From Candidatus Falkowbacteria bacterium (lineage in GTDB: Bacteria > Patescibacteriota > Patescibacteriia > Patescibacteriales > GWE2-39-37): DNA of 64,000 nt. The stretch is from positions 13,863 to 77,862 of the forward strand of contig JAAXUA010000005.1 of the NCBI GenBank assembly GCA_013336275.1, read 5' to 3'. Positions 1 to 9,053 of the stretch are shown here, in pieces. Made by a program: the position numbers and the translations under genes. Numbering within the stretch: the first letter of the stretch is position 1; every line of letters starts with the position of its first letter. The notes under the pieces are model-generated. The model had not been told where the DNA came from. It worked only from the letters and a program-made list of their open reading frames with translations, and did no database searches.

Positions 1-1328
1 AAATCCGTTTCCAGTCTTGCTTTATCGAATTTATGGCTGCCATCGAAAAAGCCGATGATCTGTTCGACATTCTTGGCCGCGTTCTTGAGGCAGGAGGTGG
101 CGCCGGGTGACGGCGTAATGTTGAAGATGATGTTTTCTCCGGTTATCCCGATTTCGCCCATCATCAGTTTCCGGTTCTGGATATCGATAAGCTGCGGCCT
201 GATTCCAGCCTTGGTTTTCCCGTTTTTGAAGTCGGCATAAGTCAGGCCGGGAATTATTTTTTTGGCCAGCTTGGCGAAAGCGCGCGGCCCGAAATAGGGC
301 AATTCATAGACGAGGCTGCGGCAAAGAAAAGTGAAGAGGGTCGGCTCGAAGACGACCTTGAGCAAAGCGCGCAGCGAAGAGTAGCTGTCAGCAGACGAGC
401 TCAGGAAGTCGGTGAAGGTTCTGAGGCTGTTACGCTCGAGGAAAGGCATAATGTTGGCCGTCGGGCCGAAACGGGTATGGACGGAGTCGCCAAGATTCGG
501 GTCGCCGTGCACGGCGGCGAAGGGCAGCTTACCTGATTGCATGGTGTAGACCTTGCCCTTGAGGGTCTGCCGGTTGGAGGTGTAAAAATTGCCGCCGACG
601 GGCAAGATGGCGAATTCACGGCCGTATCCGAGCGACTTAGCGAACATCAGGCTGTGCGAGCACATAGCGACCACGACAGCCTCGGCTTCGATGCGCGCCT
701 TGTCCGTTGTAATGACATAGCCGCTGGGGGTTTTTTTGATGTTGGTTACCTTGGCGCCTAAGAAAAGTTCGGTCATCTGGCCGGCTTTGCAGCCTTCATT
801 AACAAGTGATTCGGCCAATTTGCCGAAATCGACCGTGTAGCCCTTGTCGGTATAGCAGGCGGCAAGAGTTTCATCGGCTTTGCGTCCGTTGACGATTTCC
901 GGTTCAAGCTTGGCGATTTCTTCACGGCCGATCAGGCGGGAATCGGGGAACAGCTCTTTGAAGCGCTCGTGGCGCTCAGCCAAAGCGGCCACCTCCTTTT
1001 CACCTACTGCCAAAGCCATCTTTTGCGACACCTCATAGATGCCGCGGCCGTCATTTCCCAAAGACAGAAGATAGGCCACGACCATTTCCGAAGCGGCTTT
1101 AGTGACGCGGGCTTTTTCCAAAGAGTAATTGGTCTCGATATCGCCGAAGTGGAGGGTCTGGCTGTTGTTGCTGCCGCGGGAATTGATCTGCCCGAGCTGC
1201 GGACATTTTTCAACCAAGCAGATCGAGCCGACGTCGGTGTACTTGGCTAGGGTGTAGAAGGTAGCTGCGCCGGAGATTCCGCCGCCCAGAACCGCCACCT
1301 TGAATTTTTTTCCTTCCGTTGATTCCAT
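1..1328 (-). CDS. mqo: malate:quinone oxidoreductase-like FAD-dependent oxidoreductase; 3' end runs off the left edge (absent from supplied ORF track)
   Basis: Own translation of the minus strand from ATG 1328..1326 stays open to base 1 (442 codons): MESTEGKKFKVAVLGGGISGAATFYTLAKY (GxGxxG), NNSQTLHFGDIETNY, LPVGGNFY, RFGPTANIMPFL, ITPSPGATSCL, in the motif order of the Mqo family. Confidence 0.75.
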   Translation of the reverse strand, partial: MESTEGKKFKVAVLGGGISGAATFYTLAKYTDVGSICLVEKCPQLGQINSRGSNNSQTLHFGDIETNYSLEKARVTKAASEMVVAYLLSLGNDGRGIYEVSQKMALAVGEKEVAALAERHERFKELFPDSRLIGREEIAKLEPEIVNGRKADETLAACYTDKGYTVDFGKLAESLVNEGCKAGQMTELFLGAKVTNIKKTPSGYVITTDKARIEAEAVVVAMCSHSLMFAKSLGYGREFAILPVGGNFYTSNRQTLKGKVYTMQSGKLPFAAVHGDPNLGDSVHTRFGPTANIMPFLERNSLRTFTDFLSSSADSYSSLRALLKVVFEPTLFTFLCRSLVYELPYFGPRAFAKLAKKIIPGLTYADFKNGKTKAGIRPQLIDIQNRKLMMGEIGITGENIIFNITPSPGATSCLKNAAKNVEQIIGFFDGSHKFDKARLETD

Positions 1329-1580
1329 GGATTTATTTTAAGGCATTATTATATAAAAAGCTGAAGTGTTTTCATATGGTCGGGAATTCATGTCCATTGA
1401 CCACAAAAAAACCGACTCGTTTTGAGCCGGTTTTGCTTCGAGGCGTCCGCTATTCAGCTTCGCTCAAACCAAAACCGACGGCAATCATTATTGCCGTTAT
1501 TATTATCATTATTCAGCTGTCGGAAATAGGACATTGACATATGACTATATGCTAGCAGGAAATGAAAGTTTGTTCAAGCG

Positions 1581-1608
1581 TAAAAAAAGGCACCCTTGCG
1601 AGTGCCTT
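1581..1608 (-). terminator. rho-independent terminator ending the hisS transcription unit
   Basis: 7-bp stem AAGGCAC (1587-1593)/GTGCCTT (1602-1608); on the minus strand it is followed by a T7 run (A-run 1582-1588). Confidence 0.7.
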
Positions 1609-1633
1609 GTCAGTTCAGAACAGTTGTGCGGAA

Positions 1634-1840
1634 TCAGGCCATTTCGGCGCTGATGACGAATTCCATGCGTTCGAAATCGGCGAGCGCGTGCGGAGTAAGG
1701 TTGTCCCTTTCCACATAAAGCTCGATTTCACCGTGGTTGCCGTCTACTGAAGACAGGGAGGCCGATTCGCCGAAAATGCTTCTGGCGGTCGCTTCCATCT
1801 CATCAGGGTCGTCGTTGTGGCGGATCAGAATCCTTGCCAT
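1634..1840 (-). CDS. small acidic hypothetical protein (68 aa) downstream of hisS
   Basis: ORF with GAGGAGGTG 4 nt upstream of the ATG on the minus strand; ends just before the terminator. Confidence 0.55.
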   Translation of the reverse strand: MARILIRHNDDPDEMEATARSIFGESASLSSVDGNHGEIELYVERDNLTPHALADFERMEFVISAEMA

Positions 1841-1869
1841 GGCGCACCTCCTCAGGGCTATGTGCGGTT

Positions 1870-3219
1870 TTACGACTTGAGCAAGGCGATGACAGCTTCC
1901 TGCGTCAGGGTTTGCTGTTCGCCGGTTTCGAGGTTCTTGACAGTCAGGTTCTTCTCTGCGAATTCGGTCTCGCCAGCGATGATGACGTACTGGAATTTCT
2001 TCTTGTTGGCGTATTTCATCTGCGCTTTGAGGGAGAGCGGTTCGAGGAAGATTTCAGTGTTGATGCCTTCTTGGCGGAGCGCGGTAGCGAGCTCCAGGTA
2101 ATCTGCTATCCTGTCCTGGTCCATCGTGGTGACGAGCACCTTGGCGACGGTCGCCGGTCCGGCAGTAAGGATATCAGCCTTCAGCAAGCGGTCGAGCAGC
2201 CTGGTCAGGCCGATCGAGATGCCGACGCCAGGGAGCTTCTTGTCGGTGAAGTGGCTGGCCAGGTTTTCGTAGCGTCCGCCGGAGCAGATGCTGCCGATTC
2301 CCGGGTGGTCCTTGAGTACCGTCTCATAAACGGTGCCGGTGTAGTAGCCGAGTCCGCGAGCGATGCGCAGGTCGATGACCAAGTAGTCATCGGGTACGCC
2401 GAAGCGTTTGACGTTCTCGTAGACGCTGCGCAGCTCGGTGACACCTTCGAGAAAAAGCGCGTTGGTTTCCATCCGTTCCAGCCGGTCCAAGAGCTCGTCG
2501 TTGCCGCAGTCGGAAGAGATGACGCTCATCAGCTCGCTGATGCGTTCAGGCGCCATGCCCGTAACATCCTCGATGCCGCTGACGACTCGTCCGGTGCCGA
2601 TCTTCTCCATCTTGTCGATGAGGGTGAGTACGGCTGCGATCTTGTCGTCCGAGATGCCGTAGTGCTGGCAAAGGCCTTGGAGGACCTTGCGGTTGTTCAG
2701 GCGGATGGCGAACTTGCCGATGTTGACCTCGCGGAAAACCTGGTAGATGATGCTGGGGATTTCCGCATCAGTCATGAGGCTCAGTTCACCGTCGCCGATA
2801 ACGTCGATGTCGCACTGGTAGAATTCCCGGAAACGGCCGGATTGCGGACGTTCGCCGCGCCAGACCTTCTGGATCTGGTAGCGGCGGAAAGGGAAGGCCA
2901 GTTCGTTGTAGTGCTGGGCGACGTAGCGGGCCAGCGGGACGGTAAGATCGAAATGCAGGGCAAAACCGGTTTCGGGAGATTCACCCTCTTCGGCCGAGAG
3001 ACGGCTTAAGGCGTAAATTTCCTTCTCGTCCCCGCCCTTCGAGGTCAGGGTCTCAGCCCTTTCGATGGCAGGGGTTTCGATCGGTACGAAGCCGAACTTC
3101 TCGTAGCTGGCCCGGATGATGTCAAGCAGCCTGTTTTCCAGGATCTTGACGCTGGGGAGCCACTCGGGGAAGCCGCTGATCGCTTGCGGCCTGACGATTT
3201 TTACTTCGGATGTTTTCAT
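1870..3219 (-). CDS. hisS: histidyl-tRNA synthetase
   Basis: 449 aa; class II aaRS/HisRS signatures FREFYQCDIDVIG, IARGLGYYTGTVYE, C-terminal anticodon-binding region; GGAG upstream of ATG. Confidence 0.95.
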   Translation of the reverse strand: MKTSEVKIVRPQAISGFPEWLPSVKILENRLLDIIRASYEKFGFVPIETPAIERAETLTSKGGDEKEIYALSRLSAEEGESPETGFALHFDLTVPLARYVAQHYNELAFPFRRYQIQKVWRGERPQSGRFREFYQCDIDVIGDGELSLMTDAEIPSIIYQVFREVNIGKFAIRLNNRKVLQGLCQHYGISDDKIAAVLTLIDKMEKIGTGRVVSGIEDVTGMAPERISELMSVISSDCGNDELLDRLERMETNALFLEGVTELRSVYENVKRFGVPDDYLVIDLRIARGLGYYTGTVYETVLKDHPGIGSICSGGRYENLASHFTDKKLPGVGISIGLTRLLDRLLKADILTAGPATVAKVLVTTMDQDRIADYLELATALRQEGINTEIFLEPLSLKAQMKYANKKKFQYVIIAGETEFAEKNLTVKNLETGEQQTLTQEAVIALLKS

Positions 3220-3248
3220 GCTTTTTCTCCTATGTGGTTTGTTGTTAA

Positions 3249-3956
3249 CTACAGTTTAGGGTAGTCGTCGAGGTTCAGCTTTTCGCGCATCAGGTCGGCG
3301 GCAGCATAGCCGGTAGAAACTTTGCCGAACGGCATGCAACGGGAACGTACTTCAGCTTTACCCCAGACGAAGGGCAAACCGTCGGCAACGCCGCCGGTGC
3401 CTGCTATGGGGATGATGTACTTGACCGTTTCGCCGCTCTTGATGATCGCCTCGTTGGTCTTGAGGATGTGGGCGGATTCGATCAGCGTGCCTGCACCTCC
3501 GCCATAGACTATGACGCCGTCGAGCAGGCTCGTGAACATCGGACTCTCGTCACCCCAACGGCTTTCGCCGACCAGCGGCTCAACGCAGATGGAGATATCG
3601 AGAAATTCGAGCGGCAACGCGTGTTTGCGGCCGACGAGCGGGTATATCCCGATCGTCTTGAGACCGAGTTCCTTCGCTTTGAGCGTCGCCGTCTTGGGTA
3701 CGCCCCATTTGGTTCCGCCGGTCAGGATAGCAATCTGGAAATTCTGCAGCTTCATCATGGCTTCGCCGATAATCCGCTCCTCCATCCGGCTGGCGAGTTC
3801 CTGGTACTGTTTCTGCAAGGGGTCATCCTGGGACAATCCTGCTATTTCCGCGTCTGCGCCGCCGGAAAAGGCGACAATCTTGTGCAAGCCGTTGTCTGAC
3901 ATGAATTTGCGGATCGCTCGGGAATAATCTTCTTTGCCGCTGACTACGATATGCAT
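3249..3956 (-). CDS. LOG/SLOG-family Rossmann-fold nucleotide-binding protein (lysine-decarboxylase-like family)
   Basis: Motifs ILTGGTKWGVP and VIVYGGGAGTLIE (PGGxGTxxE-type LOG motif). Start moved to internal ATG 3956 because AAGGAGGTG lies 4 nt upstream; the track ORF extends to 4040. Confidence 0.65.
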   Translation of the reverse strand: MHIVVSGKEDYSRAIRKFMSDNGLHKIVAFSGGADAEIAGLSQDDPLQKQYQELASRMEERIIGEAMMKLQNFQIAILTGGTKWGVPKTATLKAKELGLKTIGIYPLVGRKHALPLEFLDISICVEPLVGESRWGDESPMFTSLLDGVIVYGGGAGTLIESAHILKTNEAIIKSGETVKYIIPIAGTGGVADGLPFVWGKAEVRSRCMPFGKVSTGYAAADLMREKLNLDDYPKL

Positions 3957-4173
3957 GGCCCACCTCCTTTCGTTTGTCTGACTGTCAGTCTGCTTGGGGT
4001 TTTGAAAAGATCCTTTACAAAAATAAAGCTTGTAAATCATTTAATCTTGGCAGATATAGGCCTCGCTGTCAAGCTGGCTGCCCTAGACCGTTCAATGCCC
4101 CGAGAGGTTGACAAATACCCAGTAAATGTTATCTTATAAAAAATTCGCACTTTAGAAAAGGAGGAAGGGGAAG

Positions 4174-4719
4174 ATGGAGCAAAAATTGGAGATTCTCAGT
4201 TTGGCAGGAAATCAAGTGGACAACACGATTCTTGATAAATGCGCTAACCTGTATTGCGGCATCTGGAGGGAGCCGCCTTGGAACGAAGATTTCTGGAAAC
4301 CTCAGGAAGTGAAGCAGGATATAATCCGGGATTCAGCGAAAGAAGCCGGTGACTGCCTGATCGCCGTTATCGGCACGGACAGAGTGGCCGGCTTCACTTG
4401 GGGCTACATGGCGCCGGACAATTATCTGGACGAGATTTCAGGGTCCGACTATTTCACTTCCTCGGGAAAGTTCACCGAAACGACGTTCTATGTCGATGAG
4501 CTGGGAGTCGATGCCGGTTGCCGCGGCCACGGCGTAGGCAAGCGGTTGACGAGAGCTCTCATCGACCATGCCGCGATCAGCGGAGCACGTTCCTTGGTTT
4601 TGCGGACCGACGAAAAGGCCTTCGCTGCCAGGGCGCTTTACGCCAAGCTCGGCTTCGTCGAAATCCCGGTGCGCGATGCGAAGTACCCGACCAGGACGTA
4701 TTGGCATCTTGCAATTTAA
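4174..4719 (+). CDS. GNAT family N-acetyltransferase
   Basis: 181 aa; acetyl-CoA motif A VDELGVDAGCRGHGVGKRL; AGGAGGAAGGGG upstream of ATG. Confidence 0.8.
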   Translation: MEQKLEILSLAGNQVDNTILDKCANLYCGIWREPPWNEDFWKPQEVKQDIIRDSAKEAGDCLIAVIGTDRVAGFTWGYMAPDNYLDEISGSDYFTSSGKFTETTFYVDELGVDAGCRGHGVGKRLTRALIDHAAISGARSLVLRTDEKAFAARALYAKLGFVEIPVRDAKYPTRTYWHLAI

Positions 4720-4766
4720 TGCATATCAAATGGGTAGGCCTCGGCCTACCCATTCTCATATAAATT

Positions 4767-5486
4767 ATGGAAAGCAATAAAAAAAACAAAACATTGATTA
4801 TCGCCGCCACTCACGGAGATGAGAAGATCGGGTTGGAGGTGGCTAGCGAGCTGATGCGCAAAGGACTGTCAGGACAGTTCGATCTGGCGATCGGCAATCC
4901 TTTCGCCCTGGCTGCCGGCCGGCGCTTCATCGAGCGTGACCTTAATCGCGCCTATCCGGGGGATATCGGATCTAAGCTGCTAGAGGATGTCCTTGCCTGC
5001 AAGAATCTGGACGCCGCCCGAAGCTATCGGTATGTCATCGATCTGCACGAGGCGAGATGCGGCTCGGATAATTTCATTATCGCTCCACGCGAAGAATTGC
5101 CGAAAGAGTTTCCTTTAGAAATGATCGACCTCAGGACCGTGCTGTTGTGGCCGGAACCGAAAGGGCCGATGGCCAGCCTTCTCGAGAATGCGATAGAGCT
5201 GGAGTTCGGCATGCTGGGCAAGGATAGGAGTAAGGTCGTGGCCGAGGCAGTGGCAGTGTGCGAGAAGTTTTTCTCTGGCTTGGCTAGGTCTGAAGCCGTC
5301 GATAGCGAAACGAAGGATGTTTATGAAGTCTATGGCCATTTGCCCGCCGGAGAGCCTTTTGAAGGGCAGGGGTCAGTCTTGAAAGATTTCGAACTGGCGA
5401 AGATGGGGAGCGAAGAATTCTACCCCCTACTCGTCAACCAATATATTGAAGAGGGAATCAGCTGTTACAAGATGAGAAAAAAATAG
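4767..5486 (+). CDS. succinylglutamate desuccinylase/aspartoacylase (AstE/AspA, M14-like) family protein
   Basis: 239 aa; N-terminal AATHGDEKIG and ERDLNRAYPG motifs typical of the family. Confidence 0.65.
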   Translation: MESNKKNKTLIIAATHGDEKIGLEVASELMRKGLSGQFDLAIGNPFALAAGRRFIERDLNRAYPGDIGSKLLEDVLACKNLDAARSYRYVIDLHEARCGSDNFIIAPREELPKEFPLEMIDLRTVLLWPEPKGPMASLLENAIELEFGMLGKDRSKVVAEAVAVCEKFFSGLARSEAVDSETKDVYEVYGHLPAGEPFEGQGSVLKDFELAKMGSEEFYPLLVNQYIEEGISCYKMRKK

Positions 5487-5509
5487 CCGCATTTAGCGGC
5501 TGTTTTTTT
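5476..5509. terminator. bidirectional terminator between convergent genes
   Basis: AGCCGC (5485-5490)/GCGGCT (5496-5501) hairpin flanked by an A-run on the left and a T-run on the right; overlaps both stop codons. Confidence 0.6.
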
Positions 5510-6053
5510 CTCTGATGAGATCGATTATCTTTTCTACTGCCTCAGTCTCGTTGGCTGCTTCGGCTTTAAGCCTCTTCCGGTCATCGAAGAACTGCCCGGC
5601 CATCTTGTCTGCCCAGCCGCCGGTGCCTTCGATCACTACGATCGGTATGTCGAGCTGATAGGCGATCAGCATCTCGGTCATAGTGCCGGAGCCGCCGGAA
5701 ACGGCGATGATGCCGTCGCAGGAATTGACCAGGACGAATTCGCGGCCGCCGCCCCTTTCGAGACCGCTGGAGATTATGACGTCGGTATCGCCGGCTTCGT
5801 CCCAGATGTCCTTGCCTTTGCCATAAGTGACACCGACAGTCAGGCCGTCATGTTTCTTGGCCCCCCTGGCTGCAGCCGTCGAGAGGGAATCATAATCCTT
5901 CTCGGCACCATAAACCAGGATGTTGCCGCTTTTGGCCACGTCCTCGCCGATCCTCATGGCGATAGCCTCGAGCTTCTCGGAGTAATTCAGGTCGGCCGCC
6001 GAACCCATGACGCCGATTTGGAGTTTTCTATTTTTCATAAGCTTGTTATTCAT
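5493..6053 (-). CDS. TIGR00725-type LOG/SLOG family protein
   Basis: 186 aa; IGVMGSA N-terminal Rossmann strand and IAVSGGSGTMTE (GGxGTxxE) motif. Confidence 0.75.
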   Translation of the reverse strand: MNNKLMKNRKLQIGVMGSAADLNYSEKLEAIAMRIGEDVAKSGNILVYGAEKDYDSLSTAAARGAKKHDGLTVGVTYGKGKDIWDEAGDTDVIISSGLERGGGREFVLVNSCDGIIAVSGGSGTMTEMLIAYQLDIPIVVIEGTGGWADKMAGQFFDDRKRLKAEAANETEAVEKIIDLIREKNSR

Positions 6054-6255
6054 TAGCCTCTAAATAGTAGAACATTTCGCTGCAGTTTGTCCAATTTTCG
6101 GTTTCGGGCAATTTCAAAGGTCGAACAGGAGCTCAGGAGAAAAAAATTCTTGACAGCGCATTCGAATTGGCCTAATGTTATTCAGAATGGCTGAACATTA
6201 CAATACACCAAATATTTTGCTAATTTTGGCAAAATAAAAACGAAAGGAGCGAATC

Positions 6256-7272
6256 ATGAAGACACTGGCCCAAGCGAACGGCAGCGGAAATGCGAAGTCC
6301 TACATCATCACCTCGAGCCTGTTGAAGAAAATCAGGATCCTCAAGACCAGCCTCGGCCTCACCGTCTCGGATGGAGACAAGGCTTTCTGCGAGGAATCGC
6401 GTTGCGAAGTCGAGAAGTTCGTCAGCCGGTATTTTCCCGGAGCGAACATCTTCTTCGTCGACATGGATCAGCTCGGAGACGAAGTGTTCTCGAGCGCGGT
6501 CAAGGCCCATTCCGCTGTCAGGGGAGCGACGCTGCTCAGTACCTGTTCGGAATTCACCGAGCTTCACAAAGGCAAGAACCTCCAGATCAACCGGATTTTC
6601 GATTGTACCGGACAGAAGATCGGACTCGGACCCCGTCCGGGCTACCCCACCATCGACGAGCAGATCAAGCAGTTCATGGCATCGTTCCGCGGCGATCCGA
6701 TCGTGATCATCGAGGACGGATCCTTCACCGGAACCACTCTGGCCTTCATCATCAAGAAGTTCAGGGCGGCCGGCGCCAAGATCGATTCCATCATCCTCGG
6801 CTTCGCCTTCCCAAAAGCGATCGAGAACATCACCGAGGTCTACGACGGCAAGATCATCCAGATGCAGCAGATGGACAACATCATCGACTGGATGCCGGAT
6901 CATGATTTCTTCCCCTTCCTTCCGAACTGCGGCCGTGTCGTCGGCCACGCCTGGGGAGAACAGAACCTGCCGCTGTACGGACATGACGGGGCCGCCTTCT
7001 GCATCCCCTACATCATGCCTTTCGTCAACCGCGAAACCATGGAAGCCTGGACCGGCATCCCCAAGGTCTACTGCCAGGAATTTTCCGATTATTTCCTCAA
7101 GAAAGCGCTGCGCTTCTACGAAGGCGTTGAACGGGAGCTGGGAGAGCCTCTGACCATCAAGCATCTCGCCAACACCACGCCCAGGATCTGCACGCCGTTG
7201 AGCGTCAACCAAAAGACGCTGCCCGATGTCCACGCATCGGTAACCGAGTTCATTCGAGACTGTCTTCATTGA
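6256..7272 (+). CDS. phosphoribosyltransferase-domain protein of unknown specificity
   Basis: 338 aa; type I PRTase PRPP loop PIVIIEDGSFTGTTL; AAAGGAG upstream of ATG; the longer antisense ORF 6220..7299 is Asp/Gly/Arg-rich shadow. Confidence 0.65.
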   Translation: MKTLAQANGSGNAKSYIITSSLLKKIRILKTSLGLTVSDGDKAFCEESRCEVEKFVSRYFPGANIFFVDMDQLGDEVFSSAVKAHSAVRGATLLSTCSEFTELHKGKNLQINRIFDCTGQKIGLGPRPGYPTIDEQIKQFMASFRGDPIVIIEDGSFTGTTLAFIIKKFRAAGAKIDSIILGFAFPKAIENITEVYDGKIIQMQQMDNIIDWMPDHDFFPFLPNCGRVVGHAWGEQNLPLYGHDGAAFCIPYIMPFVNRETMEAWTGIPKVYCQEFSDYFLKKALRFYEGVERELGEPLTIKHLANTTPRICTPLSVNQKTLPDVHASVTEFIRDCLH

Positions 7273-7377
7273 CACTGATTTGCAGCTAATGCAATGCAAT
7301 TAGGCCCATACGCTAAGTATGGGCTTTTTGATAATTCCGTGATATCATCTTTTTAGCTAATATCGATAATATAACAT

Positions 7378-8508
7378 ATGAAATTTTCCAAGCGTTCGAC
7401 CCACCTGGTCTCATCTTCGCTGTATGTCTTTTTCCGCAAGGTCAAGGAACAAGAGGCGCTGGGCAAGAAGATAATCTCTTTGGGCGTCGGCGAACCGTAT
7501 CAGGACACGCCCGAGCCGATCAAAGAGGCTGGCATCGCCGCCATCAAAGCTAACAAGACCCGCTACAATACGGCGTCAGGCTCTATGGCTTTGCGCCAAG
7601 CCCTGGCCAAAAAATATGATGTTGCGCCCGAACAGGTGGCGCTGGCCTCCGGGGCTAAGCCGTTTCTCGGCTCGATCATGTGGTCAGTAATCGACGAGGG
7701 GGACATCATCTTCATGGCCGGACCGGTCTATCCGCCGTTCTTCCAGATCGCTGAATCGAACGGCGCCCGCGTCGTTTTGATCGACACGAAACCGAACGGC
7801 TTCAAGATGACCTTGGCGGCTCTGGAAAAGGCCTACCTGGACGCTGAGCTCAGCGGCCACGCCGCCCACATCCTGCTTAACTCACCCAACAATCCGACAG
7901 GCGTTGCCTACGATCGGGCGGAGCTGGAAAAGATCGTCAGCTTCTGCCGCGAGCGCAACATGACGATCATCTCCGACGAGTGCTATAACAATTTCAGCGC
8001 CGACCCGGATTTTACGGTCAGGCAGCTTGACGACCAGGCGATCATCATCAACTCTTTTTCCAAGACCTATGCCATGACCGGCTGGCGCTTGGGTTACGCT
8101 ATCATGCCCCAGGATTTGGCTGTCGTGGTTGGGCGCTATCTGGACAATTATCTCGGTTGCGCTTCGTCGATCGCCGATGCGGCCGCCATGACGGCGCTCG
8201 AGACGGAGCCGCTGGCTGACTTTACCGAACAGCGGGATATGATTCATACCTGGCTCGACAAGCACGGCATACCCTATGCTCCATCGACCGGCGGCATCTT
8301 CGTTTTTCCTGATTTTGCGCCCATCATGGCCAAGAAGGGCATCGCCGATTCGACCGGTCTGGCCTCCTATTTTTTGGAGCAGGCTGAGGTGGCCGCCACT
8401 CCAGGCTCTGCCTTCGGCGAGGCTTATGACACCCACTTGCGCCTGTCGTATTGTATCCGGCCTGAAGAGCTAAGATTAGCCTTAGAGAGGTTGGACGCGG
8501 TCATCTGA
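7378..8508 (+). CDS. class I/II pyridoxal-phosphate aminotransferase (aspartate/aromatic type)
   Basis: 376 aa; LNSPNNPTGVAY and NSFSKTYAMTGWRLGY (PLP-lysine motif). Confidence 0.9.
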   Translation: MKFSKRSTHLVSSSLYVFFRKVKEQEALGKKIISLGVGEPYQDTPEPIKEAGIAAIKANKTRYNTASGSMALRQALAKKYDVAPEQVALASGAKPFLGSIMWSVIDEGDIIFMAGPVYPPFFQIAESNGARVVLIDTKPNGFKMTLAALEKAYLDAELSGHAAHILLNSPNNPTGVAYDRAELEKIVSFCRERNMTIISDECYNNFSADPDFTVRQLDDQAIIINSFSKTYAMTGWRLGYAIMPQDLAVVVGRYLDNYLGCASSIADAAAMTALETEPLADFTEQRDMIHTWLDKHGIPYAPSTGGIFVFPDFAPIMAKKGIADSTGLASYFLEQAEVAATPGSAFGEAYDTHLRLSYCIRPEELRLALERLDAVI

Positions 8509-8566
8509 GCTTGAAGGGGCAGTTATAGATATTTTGGCTAATTTTAAATTCAATTTAACCAAAGAC

Positions 8567-8594
8567 TTGCAAATTTCTCAAAATATGCTATAGT
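8567..8594 (+). promoter_or_regulatory. sigma70-like promoter
   Basis: TTGCAA (8567-8572), 16-nt spacer, TATAGT (8589-8594). Confidence 0.5.
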
Positions 8595-8600
8595 TATCCA

Positions 8601-8764
8601 CATATGATTAAGACAGCACAAAAAACTAATTTCTGGTTTAGCTTCTATTTTATGAGCTCCCGGCGGAGATCAGTTTTTTGTGGTGTTTTGACTAAGTAGA
8701 AAGTTAAAGCTCATCACAGGGAAAACAAACTGACCTCCGGAAACGGAGGTCTTTTTGTTTTATC
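8601..8764 (+). ncRNA. candidate structured leader or small RNA (promoter-to-terminator unit, about 160 nt); also contains a near-leaderless 31-codon ORF 8604..8699
   Basis: Long stem between CAGCACAAAAAACTAAT and ATCAGTTTTTTGTGGTG; terminator GACCTCCG-GAAA-CGGAGGTC (8732-8751) followed by TTTTTGTTTT. Confidence 0.35.
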
Positions 8765-8814
8765 GGCGTTCTTTTTAAAAAAATACTTCGGGATAGATAT
8801 GAAAGGAGGATTGT

Positions 8815-9051
8815 ATGGCAATCTTGCAGGCGGCAGTTCAAAGCTACACGGATTATTCAAGTGATGTCCACGAATTGCTGCAGTTCTGGGTGCCGGGCTG
8901 CGGCCTTGATGGTGGCGGTCTGGACGAGGACGAATGTCCGAATTGCTTCGGCGGAAATATCGGGACGATTTTCAGCGAATCAGGCGCGCAGCTCCAGTGT
9001 ACTGGCTGCGGCGCAACAGGCGCGGTGTTCGCACCGACGACAGGGAGGTAA
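8815..9051 (+). CDS. zinc-ribbon microprotein (78 aa), paralog of 9194..9433
   Basis: AAGGAGG 5 nt upstream; CPNC...CTGC four-Cys motif; shares W..PG.G-CPxC-x3-IGT...CxxC..G pattern with the third gene. Confidence 0.6.
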   Translation: MAILQAAVQSYTDYSSDVHELLQFWVPGCGLDGGGLDEDECPNCFGGNIGTIFSESGAQLQCTGCGATGAVFAPTTGR

Positions 9052-9053
9052 CC

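Noticed and set aside
1319-1537. 72-aa plus-strand ORF in the mqo-hisS intergenic region
   Set aside because: It starts inside the mqo 5' end, has an implausible Ile-run sequence and no SD. The region is better explained as hairpin-rich non-coding DNA.
1834-3009. 391-aa plus-strand ORF antisense to hisS. Similar long antisense ORFs occur at 6220..7299, 12779..13492, 13502..14077, 16281..17255, 27913..28956, 36438..37343, 51646..52443 and 54493..55254.
   Set aside because: Each lies opposite a gene with unmistakable family motifs. Their translations are low-complexity (Asp/Gly/Arg/Leu-rich), lack SDs and have no recognisable motifs. They are typical shadow ORFs of codon-biased genes.
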